Below are positions 37,176-47,941 of a stretch of 64,000 nt of DNA, in pieces. The stretch's first letter is position 1. Each line of letters opens with the position of its first letter. Source of the stretch: a virus; the IMG/VR virus record IMGVR_UViG_3300038678_000291, positions 1 through 64,000 of that record; one strand, written 5' to 3'. The notes under the pieces were generated by a model, which was given only the letters and a program-made list of their open reading frames with translations, ran no database searches and was not told the origin of the DNA. The position numbers and the translations under genes were made by a program.

Positions 37176-38099
37176 ATGATTAAAACACTTGCTATTCACG
37201 GAGGCGGAATTAGGGGGATTATTCCAGCGGTAATATTAAATTGGATGGAAAAACATGTCGGTAAGCCAATTGCGGAAATATTTGATTTAGTCGCAGGCAC
37301 TTCCACCGGTGGGATTCTAGGGGCAGCCTTAAGTATTGGGTTCACCGCCGAAGATATAATTGGGATGTACGAATATGAAGGAGAGCAAATTTTCCCTCAA
37401 TCTGTATGGCGAAGTTTACACACCATTGGCGGTGCCGCCGAGGAGAAATACCCGTCGGGAGGAATTGAGGCAGTGCTACAAAAGTATTTTGGTACCCACA
37501 AACTATCTGATGCCGAAACAAATCTTATCATTCCCACCTATGACATAGAGCGCAGACGCCCAATTTTTTTCAAATCGTATAAAGAAAAATTTAAGACTAT
37601 TTTGATGTGGCAAGTGGCTCGGGCTACCTCCGCAGCCCCCACATTTTTTGAACCGTACAAATGGTATATGCCCAACGGCGATTATTTTTCTCTTATAGAC
37701 GGGGGGATGTTTGCTAACAACCCGGCCATGTGCGCCTATGTAGAGGCATTGGCTGAGTTTGATGCAACTGATTATATGGTAGTCTCATTGGGTACTGGGT
37801 CAGCAACACAACCAATTCTACATGAAGACGCACAGGGTTGGGGGTTGGTTGGGTGGGCACCGCATATTCTTGATATTAACTTTGATGGCCAATCAGACAC
37901 AGCAGACTATCAACTTAATCGGCTTTTGCCATTGAATAGATTCTATAATTTTCAGCCCATGTTAGTTGGCGTAAATGAGGCAATGGATGATGCCAGCCCT
38001 GAGAACATCCGGGCATTGAAGCTGCTGGCCGAAAACTATATTGAAGACAATAAGTCAATGCTGGAGGCTCTTTGCGATATTCTGGCATATCAAGTTTAG
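37176..38099 (+). CDS. Patatin-like phospholipase
   Basis: GGGIRG, GTSTG, ATSAAPTFF, DGG..ANNP, SLGTG. Confidence 0.95.
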   Translation: MIKTLAIHGGGIRGIIPAVILNWMEKHVGKPIAEIFDLVAGTSTGGILGAALSIGFTAEDIIGMYEYEGEQIFPQSVWRSLHTIGGAAEEKYPSGGIEAVLQKYFGTHKLSDAETNLIIPTYDIERRRPIFFKSYKEKFKTILMWQVARATSAAPTFFEPYKWYMPNGDYFSLIDGGMFANNPAMCAYVEALAEFDATDYMVVSLGTGSATQPILHEDAQGWGLVGWAPHILDINFDGQSDTADYQLNRLLPLNRFYNFQPMLVGVNEAMDDASPENIRALKLLAENYIEDNKSMLEALCDILAYQV

Positions 38100-38114
38100 C
38101 GGAAAGGAGAGTGA

Positions 38115-39895
38115 GTGATGGGAAAAACACTGATAATAATTTTGATTGCTTTTAGTTTAACGGGCTGCGCGTGGTGGAGTTTAGTCTCGCCCAGCCTGGA
38201 GTTGGCAGATGGTATTGAAGAGTTAAGCCAGCCGGCAGAGAAAACAGAGAAAAAGGAGACACAACACTATATTCTGGTTCCGATTAATGGCGGCGTGACG
38301 GAGGGTATTTAAACGGAAGCGCACGCGCACCGCAGAACACGCGGAAAACTTTTGAGAAAACGGCCTGGCTGCGTTTGGCTAGAAATCAAATTGGAGGGCC
38401 GAACTGTTTTTTATTGCAATGATGAGTGCCAGGAAATTTATGAGCGGGGTAAGGGGAAATGAAAAAGCTAGCCTGTCTAATTATGGCTTTTATCATGCTT
38501 AGCCCGGTCATTGCTAATGCTGAAACTTATACCCCCTCCCCAGATATTGTGGTTACGAATGCCATGACAGACGAGAGTTCTGGCATGGGGGAGATGAAGT
38601 TCAGCTTGGACAACCCAATCTGGACTGAACCCGAACCAAACGCAACCGAAAAGAAACAGACCCTTGTTGGCGGTGATGGCCAACATTGTATCTGGGCGAT
38701 GTTTAGTGACCGGGCTGGTAATTGGACAGAGTCCCTGAGGGCCTGTGCCATCCTTGATTCTACAGCCCCAGGCGGAGACATACAAATACAGGGACCGGAG
38801 ATAATAATTAACTTTGTTTCCGTAGAAAGCGGGGGATAACATAAAAGGCCGCAAGCCTAGTCTCATCGGCATGTTGCTGATGGTCTTTATAAAAAATAAA
38901 GTAACGAGGATGGTGGTCGAGTCCGAAATCGTTGACCATCGCAAGGGTTACGGCAGCATTAGCTACGCCGGAAGATGCCGACCACCATCTGACATTTAAC
39001 AGAGAAGGGAAAGGGGATGGAAGGGCATGAAAAAGTTAATTATTACTTTAAGTATTCTTTCCTGGCTCGTTGTTAACACGGCTTATGCCCAAGAGAAGCA
39101 CCGGGAATGGTTGGGGGAAGTTGCTGTTTCAACTCGTTACTCCCTCTTCGAAAAAAGCATTGGAATAATGACCGGTCTTGGGTTGGGATTTTCGCTTCAC
39201 GAGGGCGCCCACCGACTTCAAGCCGAAATAGAAAACGTAGATGTTTCCAATGAAAGCCTTACCTCTCTTAAGTTTAATGGCAACAACAGAGAAGAGAGAA
39301 ACATTGCCTTAGCCGGCTTTATCCCAGGAATTGTTGGATCGGAAATTGTCCTGGGGGTAGACGCTATTCCCAAAGACAATTCTATCGTTATTGGGTTTAT
39401 GTTGTGGAATATTTCACACCCATTGTTGTATATAATCAGACATGAGATTGTATACGATGACGGATATGGTGATTTGAAAACCGTTGAAGATTCTGGTTGG
39501 GATAGCAGATATGTAGAAGCTGGGCTTTTGGCTCACTCCCTCTTAAGCGCCTACCGACTTTATTCAAAAAAGGAGGTGCCTGTGTTTATTGGGGCGACTT
39601 ATAATGAGATTGTAATTGGCGTGTGTGGGAGCTTTTAGTCTTGGCAGAATTTGAAGCTGAAATCAGAGACAGGTTAGGTAATATTGAAGGCAAGCTGAAC
39701 CTTCTTGTGCCAGCCATTCAAGAGATAAGAAAAGGCTTATATGGTGAAGTTGGCATTGATCCCCGTCTCAGAAAAGTAGAGGAAGTTCAGGCAAGCCAAA
39801 AAGGCTTTATCGCTTTCGCCGCCCTTATAGGCAGCTTTGTTGGCGGGCTAATGACCATAATAGCTCAATTTTGGTGGAGTAAGGGGGGTAGGTAA
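38115..39895 (+). CDS. Envelope-targeted proteins: lipoprotein 38115-38312, secreted 38459-38839 and 39027-39638, holin-like coiled-coil plus TM protein ending at 39895
   Basis: LTGC lipobox; signal peptides ending ANA and AYA; C-terminal TM helix. Confidence 0.55.
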
Positions 39896-41080
39896 GATTG
39901 AAACTAGAAATAATTAAAGTTGGTTATGTGAAAACCATTGACAGGAAGACTTATGTTTTGGAGCCTCCATGGAAACAAAAAAAATAAAGTTGGACTGGGA
40001 ATGTATAGGAGCCAAGCCGTCAAGGTTGTTTCAAACAGAAGCAGAAGTTCGCAAGTTCAGGGCAGACCTAGAGGACGCCACAAGAGAAGCATTTAAGAAA
40101 TACGCCCTAGCCAGACAGAAGGCGTGGGCAATGGCAGATCACATGATACTGGATTAGCGGTGAATATCACTGAAGTAAACTGCGGAGCTTGTGGCGGTAG
40201 TGGACATACCACGGCTGGAGTTTGTGAAACATGTTTGGGGTCGGGATATAGCTTTTTCCCTGGCGATGGGCTAATGGTGATAAAGAGGTTTCCTGTTTAC
40301 TGGGTTGATGACTATGGGGAGGTTAGCGATGTCAATAGGTGAGGGCCGGGAGTTTGCGTTTGGGTTTACCACTGGCGGGATGGTAGTTTCGATGGGCCTG
40401 CTGGCATGGGATGCCCTTAGCATATGGTGGAACGAAAGAATAGCAAAGAAATCCAGGAACTTTAGCTAACACTTGAATCCCGGAGGGCAGGAGAATGATA
40501 AAGTTTTGGGTGTTTTTGGTAGGGATCGGGATAGGCATGGCAATATGGGCGGCACTGCCTAAAGTTTCGGAGCGAATATTTAGTTGGATGGACGAGACTG
40601 TGATTGTCGTTGCCCCCGAAGACAAAGCGGAGGAAATTGAGCAATGTTTATGGGGGCAAGGACGATGACGCCGAAGCAAATAAAAAAAGAGCTAGTTCAG
40701 ACTAGGGCATACTTTTCTCTTGGCCTGCCCCGATTATATGCAGACTATGAAGCTAAAATAACCGCAGTGGATAAGTTAGACGAAATGGTTGATTTTGTGG
40801 TTAGCTTTCTTAAGATTCCAAAAGAACGGATACAATTAGAATGGCGCCCTAGCATGGAGAGTGAATATCCAGATTCTATTTGGATTGAAGTCATTTTTGA
40901 TACGGCAGAGGAAGCTAAAGTGATTCACGACGATACAGACATGGGGATAACTGGCCAGTTAGAGAAAAAATTCCCGATTGAGTCTCAAAGTGTTAGCCTT
41001 AACGCAGAGTTTAGGTAACACGGAAACCATAACCAAAAAATTATCTGAGAAAAAATACGTTTCAAAAACTAGCCTTTGAT

Positions 41081-41968
41081 TTATTCGCCTAACCCGGATT
41101 TGGCATATTCGGTTAAGATTACTCGTTGGAAGCTAGCGAGAGTCTTAAATCCTTTACTCGCTTTTAGTAATTGGAGGCTTTCCCATAATTCTTTTGGGAT
41201 TGTGACAAGAATGGTTTTATCCATGATATTCTCCTGGTTGTGTGGTGTAAAAATGAAACTTAAATTATCTTACATACCCGTCCTGGCGCATGTAGAGGGA
41301 ATCCTCAACTTGAAGACACCATCTGTCATCATAGTTTCCCAATTCATTAGGCAAATAACGTTTAACTGGCCTAGCCTTGCTCCAGCCCATCAATTGCTCA
41401 ACCGCATCCAGCGCCGCTTGGCGGCTTGGATAAGTTTGGTGATCCATGGTGCCCTCCGGAGTTTAGTTTGCCTACATGCTAAAATAGCCGCCACCCCATT
41501 CTTTATCAGCTTGCCCGTCAAACGGGCCAGTGAATTCCTTTATGGCTTCTGGCGTGGCCTGGCCCATGTTGCAGAAGACACCATTGCCGCTATCCTCATA
41601 TATGTAGCCATCTTCGGTCATTATGTTGCCGCCACCAGCTCCAGGGTCATAAATACTACCACCAGCAAGCAGAATACCATCACAATCTCTCAGGTTCCAG
41701 TAGCACTGAGTTTTCATTTTCCCGCCCTCCATATTGATGTTAAGGATTATGACCGAAACCACTCAATTCTTGGTCGGTCAGCGAAATATTGCTTTCTGAC
41801 TATTTTCCCTAGTGCCAGCATTAAATCTACTGGGTCTATGTCGCCATACAACTCTATGTATTTTTGGCTGGAATGGTATGGCAGGGAATCAACCGCCTTT
41901 TCTACTTCAGACTTGGTTTTTGGGTTTTTTTCATTGAAAAGCTTTTCTGCAATTTCATTGATGTCCAT
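41081..41968 (-). CDS. Leftward four-gene insert (41747-41968, 41472-41720, 41265-41447, 47-aa RHH-like 41081-41224)
   Basis: Each gene has an RBS (GAGG/GGAG); own promoter at 42016-42044. Confidence 0.6.
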
Positions 41969-42015
41969 TTCCTTTTCCTCCTTTGGTTTGTGGTTTGCTC
42001 TCTCCATCTGTTTAA

Positions 42016-42044
42016 AGTATACCAAAACGCTAATGTTTTGTCAA
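42016..42044 (-). promoter_or_regulatory. Strong leftward promoter
   Basis: TTGACA-N17-TATACT with a CAAAAC-N6-GTTTTG palindrome. Confidence 0.8.
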
Positions 42045-42118
42045 GCTTTTTTTAAAGAAATATGCAGGAAAAGTGCAATTATTTTTCCTTGTAACAAAAT
42101 ACTAGGATGCTGTAGCCA

Positions 42119-42787
42119 ATGTTAACCGCAACCATTGACCACAAAAGCAAGTCAGATATTCTTAAAGAAATTAGGGATGTTTCGGTAGGCGAACGACATA
42201 CTTTTTTCTCAAATGGGATCGTATCTGCGATTGATGTTTTGCGGGCATTAATGACCAATAGCGGCAATCAACAAACCGACATAATGATAGCCACTTGGCA
42301 GCTAGGTATACGGGATGCCGGAAATTTAGAAGTTCTTGCCAGAAGCGATAACATTAATCTCAAAATTTTGTTGGATGTTTCGTATAAAGATCGGAACCCA
42401 CAATATTTTGAGCGTGTCAAGTCCAGCATGGGAAAGATAATTTGGCTCACATCGAATCATACAAAAGTTATGACAATTGGCGGGAAAAACAAGAAATTTA
42501 CGGTATTATCGTCAGCTAATTTTAACAGGAACTTCAGGTTTGAATTTTTTGATATTACTGAATCAACAGAATTATATGACATGGTTTTACAAAATTATGA
42601 GCCATTTTTTCAGGGCAAGCCGATTAATGTTGATGTCAATAACAGGCCAGTCGTGAGGGATAGATTTAAGACTATTTTTATCTCTGACAATGAAAACAAC
42701 AGGACTATTGAGACAATTTTTGATAAAGATACCGTTTTGGATTTTGAACTTGAATTGCCCGAAATAGAGTGGGGGGAACTAAGGTGA
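42119..42787 (+). CDS. Phospholipase D-superfamily (single HxK motif) protein
   Basis: NHTKV......VLSSANF.....E. Confidence 0.7.
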   Translation: MLTATIDHKSKSDILKEIRDVSVGERHTFFSNGIVSAIDVLRALMTNSGNQQTDIMIATWQLGIRDAGNLEVLARSDNINLKILLDVSYKDRNPQYFERVKSSMGKIIWLTSNHTKVMTIGGKNKKFTVLSSANFNRNFRFEFFDITESTELYDMVLQNYEPFFQGKPINVDVNNRPVVRDRFKTIFISDNENNRTIETIFDKDTVLDFELELPEIEWGELR

Positions 42788-42794
42788 GTTTATT

Positions 42795-43373
42795 TTAGGG
42801 CTGTTTTTTTAATCTTTTATGTAAAAACGAATGGTAGGATTTGGAACAAATTAGCAGATTTGCTCGTCTGTTGTCGTGTTTGTTAAGATTTCTGTGGTGG
42901 ACTATTTCGGGGGGTTTGAGGGGTCGGCCAAGAGTTTTTTCGGCAACCATTCTATGTAAAGCCCGTTTAGTTTCTTTGTCAATTAAATACTCTTTGTCGG
43001 GATAAGAACCAGGGGTTCTTGGGATATGCTTTATCAGTTTTGTCTGCTTCCAATTATTGGATAACGAGTAAGTATTGGAATATTGCCCATGTCCCCCTTT
43101 TGCTCTGGTAACTATTATGAAGCCAACTCCTTCCAGTTCTTTTGTACCCTTAAGCCAAGAATGTGAAGATAATTTGCAGACCAATTTACTACGAGGGCAT
43201 TTGATGTTTTTAGAATTATATCCGGTGAAACTATATCGGATGTTAATATAAGAAAGTTGAGCAGATTTACTAAGATTATGCCACTGAGAAGATTTCAGGA
43301 GATTGCGGGGTATGGCAATGAAGTTTTTGCCGAGATCGTTAAAATCAGATTTAACCGTTTTTTTGCGTCCCAT
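42795..43373 (-). CDS. wHTH-like N-terminal domain fused to an HNH endonuclease
   Basis: F..IP..LL.S..W..LS..A...N.YSL; HR.VAE..LGR.L...E.VHH.N.NK.DN...NL. Confidence 0.8.
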   Translation of the reverse strand: MGRKKTVKSDFNDLGKNFIAIPRNLLKSSQWHNLSKSAQLSYINIRYSFTGYNSKNIKCPRSKLVCKLSSHSWLKGTKELEGVGFIIVTRAKGGHGQYSNTYSLSNNWKQTKLIKHIPRTPGSYPDKEYLIDKETKRALHRMVAEKTLGRPLKPPEIVHHRNLNKHDNRRANLLICSKSYHSFLHKRLKKQP

Positions 43374-44004
43374 GATGCCCCTGAATCATCATGGTAAAGG
43401 AGGGCAGGAAGTTCAGGGCAACCCACCCTCCCGTACCAGTTTGCGGTCACTCTTTTGAGTTTCCGCTTATATTGTGCTATACTATAACAATGGACATGGA
43501 AAAGCAAGCTAAAACGGGAGGAGGTAAGTGGATGCCCGAAAAGTATGTCTTAAAGCCCCTTAAGGTGGATGTACGGCCCTATGGCCACAACTTGACAGTG
43601 GAACACTTAATGCCAGATGGGAGTTTGCTTAGGGTTAGGCTTGGTGTGCCCCCCCCCGAATCATTTATGCCCACTCTACCAGTAAAAAACAATGTCTGAA
43701 CTCTGCACAAACATTCATGAAGAGCTTGGCATGAACAAGCCCAGTGATTACGAATATCGTTACGCTTTGTCTGGACAGCTTGAGAAATATAGACAGGAAG
43801 GATGGGAGCTAATAGCTTATGCTGGCCACGGAGTTGATCATGCGCCGGTATTATTCATAAGAAGGCGGCTTGGGTGGTATGCAAGGATAAAACGGTACCT
43901 AAATGCTTCTGCCAGGTACCACTGATCACCGATTCGGGGAAATGTGCACAGTGTATTTGTTTTCTTAAATGCATGTCGGTAATTAAAGATAAGGCGAGCC
44001 GGAA

Positions 44005-44364
44005 ATGGCAAAAGCCCCCCATATGCGAAAACAGACAATAAACTTAATGGAATTAATATCAACCTTAGAACTGCCTGCCAGGTGCATGGATTGGGTTAAG
44101 CTGGATTACTGTGGAGCCTTGGCCGGTTTGCGGGAATTCAAGAAAATCATAGAAAACCAGCGGCGTGTATTGGCGCTTAAGTACCACCCGGATAAAGATG
44201 GTGGTAGCTTGGAGCGAATGAAGATAATCAACGGAGCGATTGACTTTTTGCTGGCCCTGAGAATTCAATTACCACAGAGGCAGGTAGTTGTGTTCAGGTC
44301 GTTTAGGGGAGACGCTTCCAGCGTATCAACGAATTCAACCGCAACGAGCTCGGGATACTGGTAA
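44005..44364 (+). CDS. J-domain-like protein
   Basis: RR.LALKYHPDKDGGS...MK.IN.A. Confidence 0.75.
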   Translation: MAKAPHMRKQTINLMELISTLELPARCMDWVKLDYCGALAGLREFKKIIENQRRVLALKYHPDKDGGSLERMKIINGAIDFLLALRIQLPQRQVVVFRSFRGDASSVSTNSTATSSGYW

Positions 44365-44380
44365 GGGAGATTGACTAGGT

Positions 44381-46165
44381 GTGGCTAAAAACAAATCAAC
44401 AACACCGCAAATCGCCGCAGAGACGCAACCCGACAATCCCGCTATGCGGGAATTAATATTTGAATATGTTACAAATATTGACAATGTTCACCTTAAAACC
44501 GAGGCGATTGCTAAAGCGGTTGGTCTCCAGGACAGACAAACCAGGGAGTATCTCACCACTGAATTCTGGGAGGCCGTCCGGGATGAGCGGCGCAAAAGAT
44601 ATGCTAAGCACTCGGTTTTCGTAGATGAGGGGTTGGTTAGGAGTGCGGTTAAAGGCAATCCGGCTGCCGCCAAACTGTTTTATGAGAAATATGAAAAATG
44701 GAGCAGTGACAAGGAAGAGACCGACCCTCAGTCTGCTGGTTGGGTTGAGCGAGCAAAAGAGCAAGCACTCCATAATGTTACATATCATCGCAAAATACTT
44801 TACAATTCACCGTTGTACCCTCCAGAAATTAAAGCTATTCAGCTTGTTGAAAAGCATATTGATCAAAAATCTGGCAAAATCATTACCATACGCAGTGCCC
44901 GTCAGACCATGAAAAATGAGTGCTCGGCTATGATTGCAACCAGGGTGCTTGAACGATACAAAGACAAGGGAGGAACTTATATCCGTACCGCCCCTACATG
45001 GAAGCCGCAAATCATCAACTCTAAGATGCGCCTGGAGAGGTTTTTGATGGCTGACCCTTTAATCCGGGATAACTATCGCCGCCGTGAGGGATTTATTTTT
45101 CAGTGCGGGCTTGCTCAAATACATTTTTTGTCTACTGATACCTCGGCCAAGGTGGTAGGAGATACTGCCGACATCTGCTTAGACATTGACGAGGCGCACA
45201 AAGTAGACAAGGGCAAATTTGAGGAGGACTTTAGCCCCATGACGGCCTCCAGCAACGCTCCGGTGGTAATGTGGGGTGTTGCGGCGGATAAACAGGATTT
45301 GCTATATGAGTACCTACAATTCAACCTGGAGCATAATCCCGGTTGCGTCCTCCAGTATCCGGCGAGCATCTGGTGTGAGCTGCTACCACAATATGCTAAG
45401 CATTATGAGGAGCGAGTGGCTAAGCTAGGGGCCGACCACCCGGTAATCCTAACTCAATACGACTTGATAGACGTGGACGCCATTGGGGGATATTTTACCA
45501 AGGCCCAGCAGACCAGCCTGCTCACCGGCGACCATGAGCAGTATTCAGCACCTAAAGACGGTAGAAGCTATGTTGTCACCATAGATATTGGTGGAGAGGC
45601 AGAGGAGGAGGAATCTGACCCACTGGTGAAGGCCGAGGGAGCCAGGGACAGCACGGTGGCGCTTGTGTTTGAGGTTGACCACAAGGACGAGGTAAACGGT
45701 TACCCTATGTGTCGGCTGGTGGATATACACTGGTGGACTGGTAAGAGCCTGGGGGACGAGCCGAGCGGACTCCCCGGTCAGCAGACCATATTGCTGAAAC
45801 TACTCAGGGCATGGCAACCACATTATGTGGTAGTTGATGCGCGGGGGGTAGGGGAGCAGATTGCGAATTACCTTGACACTAACTGGGGCGTGGAAGCCTA
45901 TAAGGCTTCGGCCCTTTCGGTAAGCGATGACTGTTATGGTTTGAAAGCCATGGTGAATAATGATAGAGTTAAGGTGTTCAGAGATGATCAGTCGCCGGAA
46001 TATGCCGAACTGGCGAGACAGATTAAGCATACCAGCTATGAGATAAGGCAACATGACCGAATGAGGATAATCAAGCCCCACGGCAAGGGGCACATTGATA
46101 TGGTGAAGGCCATGACTTATTTGTATCAGGCTGCCTTGACAGGCGGTGCGCCGGAGATATATTGA
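44381..46165 (+). CDS. Terminase large subunit with a fused N-terminal small-subunit-like HTH domain
   Basis: L...A..GN.AAAKLF N-terminal domain; ARQTMKNE P-loop, LDIDEAH Walker B, IDIGGE, VVVDARGVG and HIDMV nuclease motifs. Confidence 0.85.
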   Translation: MAKNKSTTPQIAAETQPDNPAMRELIFEYVTNIDNVHLKTEAIAKAVGLQDRQTREYLTTEFWEAVRDERRKRYAKHSVFVDEGLVRSAVKGNPAAAKLFYEKYEKWSSDKEETDPQSAGWVERAKEQALHNVTYHRKILYNSPLYPPEIKAIQLVEKHIDQKSGKIITIRSARQTMKNECSAMIATRVLERYKDKGGTYIRTAPTWKPQIINSKMRLERFLMADPLIRDNYRRREGFIFQCGLAQIHFLSTDTSAKVVGDTADICLDIDEAHKVDKGKFEEDFSPMTASSNAPVVMWGVAADKQDLLYEYLQFNLEHNPGCVLQYPASIWCELLPQYAKHYEERVAKLGADHPVILTQYDLIDVDAIGGYFTKAQQTSLLTGDHEQYSAPKDGRSYVVTIDIGGEAEEEESDPLVKAEGARDSTVALVFEVDHKDEVNGYPMCRLVDIHWWTGKSLGDEPSGLPGQQTILLKLLRAWQPHYVVVDARGVGEQIANYLDTNWGVEAYKASALSVSDDCYGLKAMVNNDRVKVFRDDQSPEYAELARQIKHTSYEIRQHDRMRIIKPHGKGHIDMVKAMTYLYQAALTGGAPEIY

Positions 46166-46489
46166 TGTATGAGAGTAAACCCATACAGGAAAGGAGAAAA
46201 GATGCTTTTATCCGACAGGGAGCGCCAAGCCCGTGTGAATATTGTGGTAGAACAACCTGCCGTTTTTCGGGTGCATAAACAGGCTCGCATGATGGGGTAC
46301 ACGGGGAAAGATGCCCAATAAACCCTCACAGCAGATAAGGCGTGAGCAGGCCATTGACCAGCTTATCCAGCGCTTAAGAGATCATTGGACAAAACCTGGT
46401 TTTTTTGCTACAATTACACTAACGGTACAGAATGGCATTATTGGGAACGATGTGCATGTAGCTAAGAATGAGAAGTTGGGGGAGATATA

Positions 46490-47827
46490 ATGTCTAATAA
46501 TTGTATATATTTAATACAGGAATACAAAAGAGACCTCCTTGATATTTATCCTGCTGAACGCCTTCTGCATGGGGAAAGACATATAAATTATGGGCACGGT
46601 TGTAAAACTAGGAATGGAACAAAGGTTAAGTTTCCCAACATGATGACAATGTGTGGGGAAATTATTAGAGCGGATTTGGATTTTTGTTATGAACTGTATC
46701 CAAGCGGTATGGAGATAGCAGGAGAAACTCAATATCCAAAAGAACCCACATGCAAAGAATGCAAAGAAGCTTTTATGCCGGGGGAAATGTGAGCAAAGAA
46801 GAGGCAGAAATTAGAGCACATTGTCTGGCATTATGCGAGTTGGTTTGGGGGCCAAGCCTTAAGGAAAATTGCCAGGGGCATGCAGAATGTATGTCATTTT
46901 ACAGGAATGTCGTACAACCCAGCCAGACCGAGTATATATGTAAATGCAAGCCTTATGGGATATCGCCCATCCAGGCAATATCAACTGATACCATAGCATC
47001 GAGTTACTTAAGGTGTAATCCTGTTTTGGGAGAGCGATGAGCCAATCAAAATTAATACACAGAAAACTGATTGACGATAAGGTTCGTGGTGGTTATTCTG
47101 AGCGAAATTGGCCGATAGAACGTAACAGGGAATACTGGGATAAACCTGGCATGCCACATCGCCGATGTATTCTTTTGCCTGTTGATGAGCAGGGCGAGTA
47201 TTCACGATGCGAGCCGGGATTTGTTGTAAAAGAATCACATGTTGAAGATGATGTTCGGAAGGGTGTTCTCCTTGTCGTTGACAAGGCAGAGCTTGTGGAT
47301 GTTTCTCTCTGTTCGTGATATGGGGAAGACATGAGCTATAGAGACACAGAAAATCATTGCATTAAGTTGGTAACGGATTTTACATTCTCTGATGCTAATT
47401 GGAACGATAAACTCATTGGCATTGAACTTGGACGCAAAGAAATTGAAGAGATTCAATTTTCAACCGGCTGTTTCATGTTTTCTTCTTATGTGGCAGCGTT
47501 GAGAGGAGAAAAAAGATTATCTCCCGAAGAGTGGACTTTCCGTGGAGACAAAATTATTCCAGTAAATAAAGAAAGCCACATAAGTCTTTCTATTAGAGGG
47601 GCATAATTTCTCAATCGGGAATGCCGAAGATGAGCAAAACCTTTAAGCAAAAAATTGATACACTAAGGCAGCAGATGGGTACATATGGGTGTGATTTATC
47701 AAACCTTACAGATCAAGAAGTAGCTGACGGAGTCAGAAGTGTTTGTGCTGTATTAATTGAGAAGGGTGGAGGACTTAAAGAGTTTTTTGAAGGTATGGCG
47801 ACGATTAATAAATTAAAAACAACCTAG
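46490..47827 (+). CDS. Five small hypothetical genes between terminase and portal
   Basis: Co-oriented, abutting ORFs. Confidence 0.45.
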
Positions 47828-47851
47828 CCTAGTCAAATTGAGGGTCTTGGC

Positions 47852-47930
47852 GACCTTGTCATGCTGAGGGCTGGATATGGAAGGCAACCACACACTGTGG
47901 CAACCCCTTCCCGTCCAGCCCTTTTTCTTT
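47852..47930 (+). promoter_or_regulatory. Terminator-like leader hairpin upstream of portal
   Basis: AGGGCTGGA..GGAAGG / CCTTCC..TCCAGCCCT followed by a T run. Confidence 0.6.
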
Positions 47931-47941
47931 GTAGGGTTTTA

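Noticed and set aside
37176-38099. CBASS system
   Set aside because: No CD-NTase or Cap2/Cap3 genes nearby
41076-42125. 349-aa plus-strand ORF
   Set aside because: Antisense to four genes with good RBSs and a consensus promoter; S/L/F-rich with no motifs, so treated as a shadow ORF
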